From Nemertoderma westbladi (lineage: Eukaryota > Animalia > Xenacoelomorpha): a stretch of 64,000 nt of DNA. This document shows positions 15,601 through 28,160 of this stretch, one piece after another. The number at the start of each line of letters is the position of its first letter. Within the stretch, counting starts at the first letter, position 1. Position numbers and translations under genes: made by a program. Location: NCBI GenBank assembly GCA_032718475.1, contig JAUCBJ010007751.1, positions 1-64,000 on the forward strand, in the 5' to 3' direction. The notes under the pieces were generated by a model. That model saw only the letters and a list, made by a program, of their open reading frames with translations, was not told where the DNA came from and searched no databases.

Positions 15601-16870
15601 TACCATTACATATGTACCGTTACAGATGTACCGTTACCGTTACAGATGTACCTTTACAGATGTACCTTTACAGATGTACCATTACATATGTACCGTTACA
15701 GATGTACCGTTACCGTTACAGATGTACCGTTACCGTTACAGATGTACCGTTGCCGTTACAGATGTACCGTTACCGTTACAGATGTACCGTTACCGTTACA
15801 GATGAACCGTTACCGTTACAGATGTACCGTTTCCGTTACAGATGTACCGTTACCGTTACAGATGTACCGTTACCTTTACAGATGTACCTTTACAGATGTA
15901 CCTTTACAGATGTACCATTACATATGTACCGTTACAGATGTACCGTTACCGTTACAGATGTACCTTTACAGATGTACCTTTACAGATGTACCATTACATA
16001 TGTACCGTTACAGATGTACCGTTACCGTTACAGATGTACCGTTACCGTTACAGATGTACCGTTGCCGTTACAGATGTACCGTTACCGTTACAGATGTACC
16101 GTTACCGTTACATATGTACCATTACAGATGTACCTTTACAGATGTTCCTTTACAGATGTACCTTTACAGATGTACCATTACAGATGTACCTTTACAGATG
16201 TACCGTTACAGATGTACCTTTACAGATGTACCGTTACAGATGTACCGTTACCGTTACAGATGTACCTTTACAGATATACCATTACAGGTGTACCATTACA
16301 GATCATTACCATTACTGATGTTCCGTTACAGATGTATCGTTACCATTACATATGTACCATTGCAGATGTACCATTGCAGATGACCGTTACAGATGTACCA
16401 TTACAGATGTATCATTATCGTTACAGATGTACTGTACAGTTACCGTTACAAATGTACCATTCCAGATGTACCATTACCGTTACAGATGTACCGTTACTGT
16501 TACAGATGCATCGTTACAGATGTACAGTTACAGATGTACCGTTACCGTTACAGATGTACCGTTACAGATGTACCCTTACAGATGTACCTTTATAGATGTA
16601 CTGTTACAGATGTATCGTTACCCTTACAGATGTACTGTTACCATTACAGATGTACCGTTACCGTTGCAGATGTACCATTACCGTTACAAATGTCCTGTTA
16701 CCGTTACAGATGTACCGTTACAGGAGTACCGATACCGAGGTACCGTTACCGTTACAAATGTACCGTTACCGTTACAGATGTACCGGTACCGTTACAGATG
16801 TACCGTTACCGTTACAGATGTACCGCTACCGTTACAAATGTACCGTTACAGGTGTACAGTTTCAGATGTC
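12690..16870. repeat. 14-bp minisatellite (TACCGTTACAGATG) with 20-bp variants and higher-order duplications
   Basis: Tandem unit is visible. Identical ORF translations recur at a 952-bp offset (13840/14792, 13950/14902, 14074/15026). Confidence 0.97.
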
Positions 16871-17695
16871 TTGTTATAATAATAATTAATAATATTTATA
16901 TTATACGCGTTAGTTGAAGCATAAGTTTGTAGTTGTAATTGAATTATTTATACAAAATTGCAATATTTGGCAAAATAACTATGACAACGGAAAATAAAGA
17001 AAGTACATTATTTCATGCACAGTTTCATTGTAAAGTACTTTTCTAGAGATATAAAGAGTACAGTAAAGCTATAATGTGATACGCCTCGCAGTTTATAGTA
17101 ACAGCGTTAAGTAATTCAGCTTATAATAATAATAATAAAAAATGTACAATACAGACAGACGTTATTACATTGTTGTAAATAATGACGTCACCATCACACA
17201 ATACGGTCTGGGGCAGAGATTAGTTATAGGGTTATTATTATTTATATAATATTATCTGACATCGGGTTTAATGTAATACATAATTAATAAAACAAATTCA
17301 TTGGGATAATGATCAAACATATAAATTATGTACAATACAGTACAATACACCAATTTAATTATATACTGTAAAATTGAGTTTGCTGCTTGTTTGTTATACA
17401 ACAAAAACTGTACCTGAAAAAACTCTAAAAATCTCTACCTGGAATGATCATATGATCATTGCAGGTGCTACGCATATGCCCTGTATAGCCCATAACAGAC
17501 AGACCCGTGGATTATATACCCAATACTAATAACAGTATACAATCACAGTGAAAAAAATAATTACATTTTGGAATAGGAATAACTAATAATATTGATAAGG
17601 ATGAAATGAGCCTGAAAAAGTTGAAGTTTGTGGGCGCAAACATTTATCCTAATGCGAATTTGTTGAGTAATAAATAAAACATCCGACATCCCTAA

Positions 17696-18006
17696 AGGCC
17701 CATTCACATCCAACGGACGGTACACCGCGCGGTGTACCGCAGGGCCAGCGGTACACCGCTGACTGTGAACGACCCAACAGGTAGTTGTGCGCTAAACCGC
17801 GCGGTTTACCACAGCCCATTTAAACAATGTTAAAACAATTAATGTAATTTCCTGTTGAATTCCCAGTCGACAGATAGACAATCAGTTACCGCAACCAACG
17901 GTACCGTTGGGTGTGAACGGGCTCCGGGTAGTGTGCCGCTGGCTTACCGCTTCAATACCGCTAGACTACTTTACCGCTCACGCACCGTTGGATGTGAACG
18001 GGGCTT
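17696..18006. mobile_element. MITE with ~21-bp TIRs, PIF/Harbinger-like
   Basis: AGGCCCATTCACATCCAACGG ... CCGTTGGATGTGAACGGGCTT; flanks TAA/TAG (imperfect 3-bp TSD). Confidence 0.6.
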
Positions 18007-18149
18007 TAGACCAATGTTAATACACGCTGAAGGTTCGCAGTACACTCGGACTCGGCCAATACATCACATAATTCCATCTTGTGTTTGAGTATATAAATAT
18101 AAGAATATTTAACGCCGTTACTACTATTAATTATTAGTATTAACAGAGG

Positions 18150-18417
18150 CTAGTTGTTATTCATCTTATGTATAAAGTTATTTTCCATGCGAGGGATATT
18201 CAGTGATTGGCCGGAATGTTTATCTGCTACATGTTCACGCCAACGGTACCTCCTAGAGAACTGTAAGTCGCAATGAGGACAGACGAATGGTTTATCTTTA
18301 CTGTGAGTCACGAGATGACGGTTAAGGGCTCCTTGAAGCTTGAATCGCCATGGACACCAAGGACATCTGTGCGGTCTAAACGGGTCGCCATGGTAACCGG
18401 TGGCTCGTTGCCATTCG
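18150..18417 (-). CDS. Alternative terminal exon V5: pair of C2H2 zinc fingers
   Basis: Acceptor gtttgttatgttgcag|C GAA (phase 2). Motif CPWC...HLVTH-SKDKPF-VCPHC...HVADKH. Adds 88 aa. Confidence 0.85.
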
Positions 18418-18912
18418 CTGCAACATAACAAACGCGTGTGTTGGTTGATATTCCCGGGAGTTACACATACAGCACATGCTCAGATGGAAAGAGTTTTTTA
18501 AGGTAAACATTAAAAGTTTGATTCACCCACATAAAAATGGATGCTAAACTAGGTTATAAACAAATGTATTCAAATATTATTCATATATTAACATGTTATT
18601 GAGATAACTATGTACACAACCTATGTAAAGTGCTAATTTACACAAGTAAAAATATTGCGAATAAGGTGTGGGGCGAGCCACGTAAGTCTAGGTGAGCCGT
18701 AGGGGTATAATTAGTGGACTCGTCTGTCGTTGTCGTCGTTTTCGTTGTCGGAAATGTTTGAACGCTAATAACTCAGTCAATCTTTGATGAAATGGAACCA
18801 AACCTGGTACACATGTAGTCTATCAAAAGTTTAGAAATTCTACAGAGAAACAGAATTCTGTAGTTCATCTGTCTGCCACAAAGGGGTGAATGACTAGTTC
18901 CACTAATTGTAC

Positions 18913-20016
18913 TATTGTTGCAACGGGATCCCGATGGAAAATCCCGATCCCGTCCCGATCCCGATGGAAACATATCGGGATTTGCTATTACTAAATTTAT
19001 ATGCCTTGCAGCTTAAAATTTGTAAAATTGTATAAAAATGTACAATTTTTGCCAATAACAAAAACAATAATTTTTGTTAAATACAACAATTTTAGAGGAT
19101 TTTCATTGGATGATTGATAAGATGATTGATAGGGATGTAAGTCAAGAAATGTAAGGAAATTATTTCCTAAATATTTTTCCCAAAATTTCCTATTTTATTA
19201 ATTGATTATAAAAAGATTACTGTTAATAGTAAATATTTGCAGAAATATCCTCATCTTAGCATAAAATAGTAATAATACGACTGGAACTAAAAAAAAGATT
19301 GTGACTTTGTGTTTTGGAAATTTCATTACTGTATTAACTAGATGTTTTATATTGAACGCAATTTCGGAAATTGAAACATTTTCAATTTTAAATCTTTCAC
19401 AATTTTACCTCTGCTATTTTCTCGGTTTTATACACATTCTGAATCTGAAAACACATAGGAAAAAACAAGTAGAGTAAGAAATGGAAACAAGTGATTCCTG
19501 CGTAGATGTGTTGAGGTGGTTCGTTGTCTTGGCTCTTAACTACGGGTGAAGTATACTTTTCCGGAAATTTCCTTAAAAAAACATATTTCCGGAAAACTCA
19601 CATCCCTAATGATTGATGAATGATTGATTGATTTACATGATTTATAACTGATTTCTGAATTTGAATTTATATCTGAAATTCATTCATTAAAATGTACATG
19701 AAAGTCTATATTATAAATAATTATTATTATATTATAATTATATTAAAAATGAAATACGTACGTGGGAAATAAACTACGCCAGTGGTGAACCATTTGAAAA
19801 CAAAGTCAGTGGATATTTTTACATATCTTGGTATTTTTTAGTACATGACATTTCTCGAAAGATTGATTTACTCCTATAAAGAGGGCAGGGCAGATAGCCA
19901 GTTTAAGCTTTGAACGAGTCGCAATAAAATAAAAAATCCCGATCCCAAAAATCGGGACCCCGGCGGTTGCAATTCCGATCCCGAAAATTGTGGATCCCGA
20001 TCCCGCTGCAACACTA
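18913..20016. mobile_element. hAT-type non-autonomous element (MITE)
   Basis: TIRs TATTGTTGCAACGGGATC / GATCCCGCTGCAACACTA, subterminal CCCGAT repeats, perfect 8-bp TSD AATTGTAC (18905-18912, 20017-20024). Confidence 0.85.
19130..19608. mobile_element. hAT-type MITE nested inside the previous MITE
   Basis: TIRs TAGGGATGT / ACATCCCTA, perfect 8-bp TSD ATGATTGA (19122-19129, 19609-19616). Confidence 0.85.
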
Positions 20017-20522
20017 AATTGTACCTCTACGCAAAGGCTCATATGGACTTACGCGCTGCGCGAAGTCCCCACGTACGTGTATATAGATAGGGGAGCGAAG
20101 CGAAGCCTTAGTAAATGGGAACCATTGACGAGTTGTCTGTCGTCGTCGACGTCTAATTTTTAATCGCTAATAACTCGTTCATTCCTTGATAAAATTAAAC
20201 CAAACTTGGTACGTATGTAGTCCGTCAAAAGTTTAGAAAGAATCTGAAGTTTGGTCCAAAAATCAGACAATCTGTCAGTCGGTAGCGGTAGTTTCAGGCT
20301 TTTTATAAAAAGTCGGACAATCATTGATGAAATTATAAATTAAACCAAACTTGGTAGATTTTCAATCTCGTGCTGCGCGAAGGCCCCACGAAAGTATCCT
20401 AATTACAAACGCCACTGATCACGTACAGTAAAACTGCTGTGATAAATAATCATCATATGTGCGCACAATAAATTTCCAGTTATTTAGCATTAGAAAGTGA
20501 AAGTAAATGTACTAGTAAACGA

Positions 20523-21264
20523 TCATAATCTTCGCAATATCTCAGGACAGTGGCGATTAACATTATCGTAGAGAGTTCGAAGAGGAATACCAAAATGGAC
20601 TGAAGCCTCGCGTATAGTCATTGTTCTAGAGGACAGATTCTCTAGCGCCATCTGGAGGTCATTCTGTGAATATGATTTCACTCGATACTCCCTCAGAACG
20701 CCTCTGGAGGTATCCCGTGTGGTAGTCTCGGGTGCATTAACGGAGGAGACACCGTCTATAGAGACAGACGCAGCGCTCAAAACCGGCGGTAATGTTGCCT
20801 CTTCCTTAACTTGGTTTAATGGCATCCACGACTCCCCCCTTGAGTACAATCCTCCCTCAGTTCCTCCCTGTTCTGCCCCTACTGCGCCCCTCCCCCGTCC
20901 ATCCACTGCTCCCACCCCTCCGCCCTCCACTGCCCCCAGCCCCCTTCCACCCACTCCACCCTCTATACTCCCCACTACACCAACCCCTCGCTCTTCCATT
21001 AAACCCACCCCTTCACCCACAGCGTCCGCTTCTTTCCGACGACCGAGCGTCGCGCCCACCCCGACCACACACCGTTTCTTCCTACGAGCGTCGGGTAACG
21101 GTAGACCGTGTTTCTGCACGTGGAAGTACAGCGTTCTGGATGGGATCTTATATCTGGCCGCGGCCGAAGGAACTGATAGTAACCCGGACTCAAGGGATCT
21201 CAACGCCATTACTAAATCCTCAAAGGTATACCGGTTCTTCCGACGCCGAAGTCGTATCTTCAGC
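20523..21264 (-). CDS. Alternative terminal exon V4: two pipsqueak-type (psq) helix-turn-helix domains separated by a Gly-rich linker
   Basis: Acceptor cctgttttgtctgtgcag|G CTG (phase 2). Motifs YTFEDLVMALRSLESGLLSVPSAAARYKIPSRTLY and YSQNDLQMALENLSSRTMTIREASVHFGIPLRTLYD. Adds 246 aa. Confidence 0.85.
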
Positions 21265-22069
21265 CTGCACAGACAAAACAGGCGGAATGGAATGAGTCTC
21301 TGAGTGAGGCTGACACCGTGACCAAGTAAAATCTTAATCGATATAAGTTACAAATATCATTCTACCTTTACCACTTGGAAATCACGGAGAAAAAAACAAT
21401 AAATATAATTGTAAAGCGAAGGCAGATAAATAAATTAAAGATGAAGATGGAGTAATTGAAATTACAAAAAAATTCTAGAAGAAGCAAAAAATGTAAATAA
21501 AATAAAATAAGATAATATAAAATAAAATTTCCTCGCATAGGTCCCAACCCTTCAACTTTTGAACGATCGTATCTCCGCTATTTTATGATAAAATTTAGAT
21601 TGCGTTACATTTTTGGAATCCATAAAGTCATTCATTCACTGAGAGTCTCATTTATTAGATTGAAGTGAAGTATTAGAAAAAATAAGCACGCATTACCAGC
21701 TTTTACTGAGTAGGGGAAAATGTTACAGTGGATAATTCAAAAAATTATTTAACCAAATTGCGGCAAAATTATATTCTAGATCCTCTAGTCGACCAGTATT
21801 GATTGACTGAAGAAGATAGGCAATGTGTATCTCATTGCGCGTCGTAGTAGCCTCTCGTCAACAAGTCAACCCAACCGACTAGCGGCACTGGCTGTTTCAG
21901 CTGACAGGGATCTTTCTTATTTGCTAGCTTGTAATGACCATTAGCAATAAATACCAATACAATAAATACCAATACCAATACTGTAATAAGATACTAACTA
22001 CCCGCCATAATACTGGTCCTGTGTAATTAGATTACATCATGTACTGGAATATAGTGTCGTTATTCAGGT

Positions 22070-22101
<32 letters not shown>

Positions 22102-23599
22102 ATAAAATAAAACATAAAAAAAAACTTTGAGATAAATGTTTCATTTTAGTTTACTGTTTTTTTAATGAGGTTCAGTAATAGACCAATGAGCTCCTTCTGT
22201 AGACCCCCTCCGGCCCTCCCCTGACCAGCAACCAACCGATTCCCAATAAAGAGCCAATTCATCCTAGTTTTGAAGACGCAGGGCAAATTGAAATGGATAT
22301 CATAAGTTTTCGAATAAGTATCATAAACTTTCGTTAAAATTTCATAATTAAAAATTAACGATCAATCAGTGGATACCACCCAATATTATGTAAAATACGT
22401 TAATTTAATTAAAGGTATAAGTAATTTAAATACGTAAATCATTAAAGAAATCATTAGAGCCGTTACTGTCTATCAATATGAACTAGATGCAACTGTTGTC
22501 TTTGGTGTAACCTGCTTTTGTATTATAATAGCATAGCTACTCGTGAAAAAATATAATTTTCCAGAAGCTTGGGTTAATTGTTAAATAAAATAAAATAGCC
22601 TCGCGCAGATGAAAAACCATGCAACATCAACATGCAACAAATCGACGCAAATAACAGTTGACTACTCCCAAAAATAAAACTGTAACCTGTTATATTGACT
22701 TTCGTTTATTTTTTTATGGTTATAATAATGTGCCACTGTAACCTGCTCCTTTCCCTAAATTGAGAATTTAGCATTAAGACGGGATATTAATTCGCCGAGA
22801 TGGGATTTGCGTTCAATTTCCCCCCTTGTCTCCTGAGCCCATATCGGCAGTACCATATCTGGGTATAGAGAACGTGTATACATTGCATATTGGCAGGAGA
22901 CAATCTGTTCTTTACATGACACAATACCATGGATGACTGACATCGATATTATGCTTTAAACTACCCTATAGAGTTTTATTGATTGCACAGCTCAATGTTG
23001 TAGGAGAAGACTTAACTCTATCTTAACTTAACTCTTTATCTATTCTTTACATTGTACACAGCTTACACATCAAACTTTTAATATTCACCATCCATTTAAT
23101 TTTTCTCACAGGTGTGGCCTGATGATATATACTATATACATTATGACCCGTAATATACTGTAGTGTAGTTTTATGACAACACGCCCCCCCCCCCAAATTT
23201 TTTCTACAAATCTTTATCATATTGTTTGAAATTTGAAACGCAACTAGTTTAACTCACCGTGGTTGTTACCATGAATGTGGAATTTTCGATTATGCCTTTA
23301 ATTTTTTTTTTGTGTATTTATGAAATAGAATAAATGGCCTGTAGCGAACGATAATTCTTGCAATCTTTGAACGCCTATATCTCCGCTGTTTCTAAACGAA
23401 ATTCAGATATTGTTACATATTTGGAATCCTTGTAACGCAAGCTTTCTATTGATGTGAAAAAAGCAAATTGGGGGGAAACTGGACGCAATAAAAATTCATC
23501 CCTCTAAAGGGGAAATTCGACGCAAATAACAGCTGATTACTCTCAAAAATAAAACGGTAACCTGTTCTATTGTGTTTAGTTTGTTGTTTTGGTTAAAAT

Positions 23600-24960
23600 G
23601 AGGTTCATTGGATATTTAGGAGCCTAGGTTTTTCAGTTTTGATGGTGATACTTTCCTTAATTAGAAGGTTGTAATCAGTGGTAGCTCTACCTATAATTTT
23701 GAAATCTTTTTAAGAAATTTTGTGATCATGTACGATTGCATGATCACATGCCGTGGAATGACGAAGGCAGGCAACGGTTTTCCAGTTCGGGAAGACCTAC
23801 CCAAGTGTTCTGAGTCTCTAACCACTTAAATTTATAGAGGGTGAGGGGTCTCATCTCAGCGGAAGTCTGTCCTTAAACGGGAAAATAGTAGCTAGTCTCT
23901 TCGTTTGAATATTATCTAAGTCTACTTGTGGATAAGCGTGGGATAGAATTTGGAGACGTTGTGGGAGTTGGAAAGATAAGTTACGTAAGTATGGCAGAAT
24001 TAGAAAGATGGGCTTCTTTCTAACAGTATGCACTGCAGGCCTTGGAGGTCCAGCTAGTGTAACCTAATTTTGTGAAAAATAGTCCAAAGTAGTTTACTGG
24101 GATATTAGGACCAGGAAGTCATGTAGTTTCTGTGAAACTGACACCATGTGGAGCAAATTGAGAAACTGAGGAAAATTAAGGTGGCAATATGGGCAATATT
24201 AAACTTATGAGGAATAAATCTTGCATAGTTAGTGTATAGGCCTTTGAATGTTGCTTTGCGGTATACAGACGTAAGAAAGAGTTGTTGCACCTAGAAATTG
24301 TGACATCGAGAAAGGAGATGCTATTGTCATGTTCATAATCCGCTGTAAATTCGAAATTCCTTATGTTGATTATTCCAGTTTAGGAAAGCAGTGGGATGTT
24401 GGTGGTCTCGAAATAAAATGAAACTTTCATCTACGCACCGTCTGTAGAAAAGTGATTTAATGTTTGTGGGACAGTTGCTAGGCCATTTCGTCTCATAGTC
24501 GCAAAGGAACGCGTTAGCGAATGTAGGTCCAAGGGGGGCTTCCCGTAGATACACCGTCAATTTGGGCCACTCGAATTGCATTCGTTGAAAACAAACTCAA
24601 TATTTTTGGCAGCATAGCTTTATACTGCGTCCTCGTTAAGACATCTACGATTTTCTTACTTTTAAATATTTCTAGTAACATTACAATAGTTTCGTTCACA
24701 GGTATATTTGTAAAGAGACTTTTGACACGAAGCTAGCCATGTATACATTTTGGTTAACTTTGATATTTCTCTTTTACAAAAGAGAAGGTGTCCTTGATTG
24801 TAAACTCATTACAAGTCTGTGGGGACTGTTTTGGAAAAAGTAAATTTGCATGGTTATATTGGGGAGTACCAATAGCTGAGAGTACAGGCCGGTGTGGCAT
24901 CCCTGTTTATGTTCTATGGGGAGACCTGCATGCAAATACATAACAGTGGTGATGGTATCC
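23600..24960 (-). pseudogene. Decayed Penelope-like retroelement (RT plus GIY-YIG remnant)
   Basis: Frameshifted pieces GVSTGS/PLGPTFANAFL, YRRCVDE(SF), VYRKATF.GLYTNY..FIP, LPYL and FPFKDRLP. Confidence 0.75.
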
Positions 24961-25164
24961 ACAGGTTACTTAATATCGATACTATTATAATATCATAATA
25001 GGTCTTACATTACCTGTTTACTATTTCACTTTTGCTGTAGTCATTTCACCTGGGAAAAGCTTCAATGGAAGATATTTAATATTATATATAGGAATTATAG
25101 GATTGTCTTCGGGAAATGATTGTTTTATCATGATGACACGGACAAGCTTTGCCACAACGATAAT

Positions 25165-26463
25165 ATGATTAAGTATCATTACTACTTCATTGGGGTTGTC
25201 TTTATCAGTACCATTATTTTATGTGTTTATGTGTATTTCGTTCAAACGGTCTTCACAAAGTTTACCATTCAGCAGGTAGGAAGGTACAATCAGCTGTTAC
25301 AGTCAGATGGAAACAACTGCCCAAACAATGTCGAGGTTTTCGAACTTTTGGATTCTGATGAATTTCTCCTTAAACAAATCGATAGTGATTACAGTTGTCT
25401 GAAGGAAGCTACATACTTCCCGCACAGTCTGTCTATAGGAAAATGCGTGTGTCGGCCTGGTTGGAACGGACACCAGTGCAACATACCAGACATCATACTC
25501 AGCTCTACACTGCCAACCACAATCAAGCCTATTTTACGCAAAGTTCCCCGTCGTATTATCAATGCGTTCCCTATAAACATTGAATTCGAATTACTACAAG
25601 CGAGATTTCACGAACTTTCAGGATTAGTGGACGTCTATGTTATTCTAGAATCGAACAATACAATGAATGGATCGGCTAAACTGTTGTTTCTACGTGACAA
25701 ACTCAGAGAAGGTGTTTTCGGAAAAGAAGCCAAGAAGATATTATACGTTTGTTTGGATTATTTCCCCAAAGGTGCGGACAAAAATGGTTGGATTTCTGTT
25801 GACTTGCACCGAAATTACATCGGGGAGGCAGGATTGGCTGAACGACTACGCGGATGGCGTCATGATGATTGGTTTATTCTAAACGACGCGGACGAGATTC
25901 CGCGTCGTGAATTAGTTATGTTTCTTCGTAGTCATGACAATATTCCCTTTCCCGTCAGCATCCGCTACCAGACGACAAGCTTTGGATTCTTTTGGGGTAA
26001 CAAACGGGCTTCAGAACTACAAACTGCCGCTCCTATGGCCTATATGCGCGACATTATAAACTATAGATGTAATGAATTGAGGGGTTTAAATAAACAAAGT
26101 TTGAAAACTGCGGCATTAACGTCCTTCAAGAAGTCATTCCCTGAACTACCTGTATCGGCGTGGACCGCAGGAACTGGTCGCAGCTACGGCGGATGGCATT
26201 GCTCCTGGTGTTATAGAATAGAGGGAATACTATGGAAACTAGTGTCTGCACCTAACTGTGACTACCCCCGATGGGGAGATTACCCGGAGAAGCAGGACTT
26301 GGGATATATTCGCGGTTTGGTCGCTAAGGGCATGTGGTTCACTGGGGATCAGCAGGCCTATGTGGCCAGGGATCATACGGCTACCGATTATGCACCCAAA
26401 TACATTATGGAGCACAAAATAGAGTTATCCTACTTACTTTACAATCCATATACTAACACATAA
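25165..26463 (+). CDS. MGAT3: Beta-1,4-mannosyl-glycoprotein 4-beta-N-acetylglucosaminyltransferase (GT17, GnT-III-like); intronless CDS nested antisense in the TF gene
   Basis: N-terminal transmembrane segment after ATG 25165. Motifs CVCRPGWNG, PRRIINAF..EFELL..RFHEL...VDVYVILESN, DDWFILNDADEIP, GWHCSWC and KLVSAPN.DYPRWGDYPEK are characteristic of GT17. Confidence 0.9.
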   Translation: MIKYHYYFIGVVFISTIILCVYVYFVQTVFTKFTIQQVGRYNQLLQSDGNNCPNNVEVFELLDSDEFLLKQIDSDYSCLKEATYFPHSLSIGKCVCRPGWNGHQCNIPDIILSSTLPTTIKPILRKVPRRIINAFPINIEFELLQARFHELSGLVDVYVILESNNTMNGSAKLLFLRDKLREGVFGKEAKKILYVCLDYFPKGADKNGWISVDLHRNYIGEAGLAERLRGWRHDDWFILNDADEIPRRELVMFLRSHDNIPFPVSIRYQTTSFGFFWGNKRASELQTAAPMAYMRDIINYRCNELRGLNKQSLKTAALTSFKKSFPELPVSAWTAGTGRSYGGWHCSWCYRIEGILWKLVSAPNCDYPRWGDYPEKQDLGYIRGLVAKGMWFTGDQQAYVARDHTATDYAPKYIMEHKIELSYLLYNPYTNT

Positions 26464-27056
26464 AAATTATGTTATTTTATGATTGAACACAAGGAAGTAC
26501 AAACATGAATAGTTCTGGGCACTACTACAGCCCATCCATTTTTACCAACTTTGATGAATCAATTAGTTATTAAGTTTAAGTTTAATGTTTCCTCAGAACA
26601 AGCACCCAAAATACAAAAAAAAAAAAATGTTATAACAAAGGAACATGGTTTGGCTATAGCAAAGCTAGTGTAGCCTTACCATATTCCTATAAGAGGAGGA
26701 AACGCGGAGAACAGGTGAGATACGGGTGATGCAGGCGTATGGAGTAAGATATAGCTGGGATTAAACTATTAGTTTGTTTACCTTTACTGTAGATTGTCAT
26801 GATAAATTTCTAACTGAAAGAATGCTTTGGTTTTTCCCAGATCCAAATTTTGCATAATTGCAAATGCACTGAGATATATATCTTATGAGATACTGAATAC
26901 TCAAGTGATTAAGAGCGGAAAACATTATAGACAATTAACATTATTAACATTAACATTATAATTTTTCAACCTTTGCATTATAAGAAATTTCCAGATTCAA
27001 AAATTTTCTTGCGAAAAATTTGTTAAAAAGAAAAAGATAGAAAATAGTTATTATTA

Positions 27057-28160
27057 TCACGACCCAGAAAGAAGATTGATTTTTACTTGTTTTTTGAAAT
27101 GCACCTTATTACTGCTATCGCGGATATCTCTCGAGAGGGAATTCCAGAGAAGAGGGCCCTGCATTGAAAGGGACTGATGCCGGACTTCCGTGTGCGTACT
27201 GGGTAAATGAAAAAGACCAGCGGAGGCAGAGCGAGTATTGTATGTGTGAACAGATGATGCTTTAGTGAATAAGTGAGAAAGAGGATGAGAAGGATTGTGG
27301 TAAATTTCATACATTAGTATGAGGACCTGGTATTTATACAGACGATCTAGTGGTAAAATGCGTAGCTGCTGATAAATAGAAAAAGATGAGGACTGATAGT
27401 GGCTGAAGGTAATACATCGGACAATTTTATTGAGTTTGGTTTTGAGGGGACGAGTAATAGATTTGAATGTATTTCCCCATACTATCAACCCGTAAAAAAT
27501 ATAGGGGTAGGTAGACTAACGTATAGAATAGAGTTCGCATTATATGAGCTGGGACAATATGGCGTAGTTTATAGAATAATCCTCCACTCTTGGATATTTT
27601 TTTCAAGATATGGCTGATGTGTTCCCTATATGATAAATTGGAATCTATTAATATACCTAGATATTTAGATGTTGTTGTGGATCTAATTGTTTTGTTATTA
27701 ATGATTATAGGTGGTGGCGGTATTTCTGACTTTGATTTTGAGAATATTGTATATTCAGTCTTGTCAGTATTTAGAGTTAGTTTGTTTTCAGTTAGCCATT
27801 CGGATAACAGTTTGAGTTCAGAATTCATATAGTCGATTAGTGGAGAGATATTTCGATTGTTGCACATCAGTGAAGTGTCATCGGCAAATAAGGTTACTAA
27901 TAGGGATGTGCAGTTTGGGAGGTCATTGATGTACAGTAGAAATAAAATCGGCCCGAGGACCGAACCCTGCGGGATACCACAGATTATAGACCTAGAAGAT
28001 GATAAAACATTATCTACTGAAACGAATTGATGTCTATTACATAGATAACTAGAAATGAGTGCTAGAGGACTTCCGCGGATACCATATATTGGGAGCTTCT
28101 TTAATAGAATCGAATGGTCGAGGGTATCAAACGCCTTTTTTAGGTCTAGATACAGTACAG
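27057..28160 (-). mobile_element. 5'-truncated L2/CR1-clade LINE (RT C-terminus), frameshifted
   Basis: YLDLKKAFDTLDHSILLKKL, GIPQGSVLGPILFLLYINDLP, LFADDT, KYLGILIDSNL; continues in a second frame (IVWGNT...GPLLWNSL). Confidence 0.9.

Noticed and set aside
12595-16917. Many long ORFs (up to 881 aa)
   Set aside because: Artefact of a 14-bp repeat with almost no stop codons; all frames give the same cyclic peptide.
20719-21303. Pro-rich plus-strand ORFs
   Set aside because: Antisense shadow of the Gly-rich psq exon V4.
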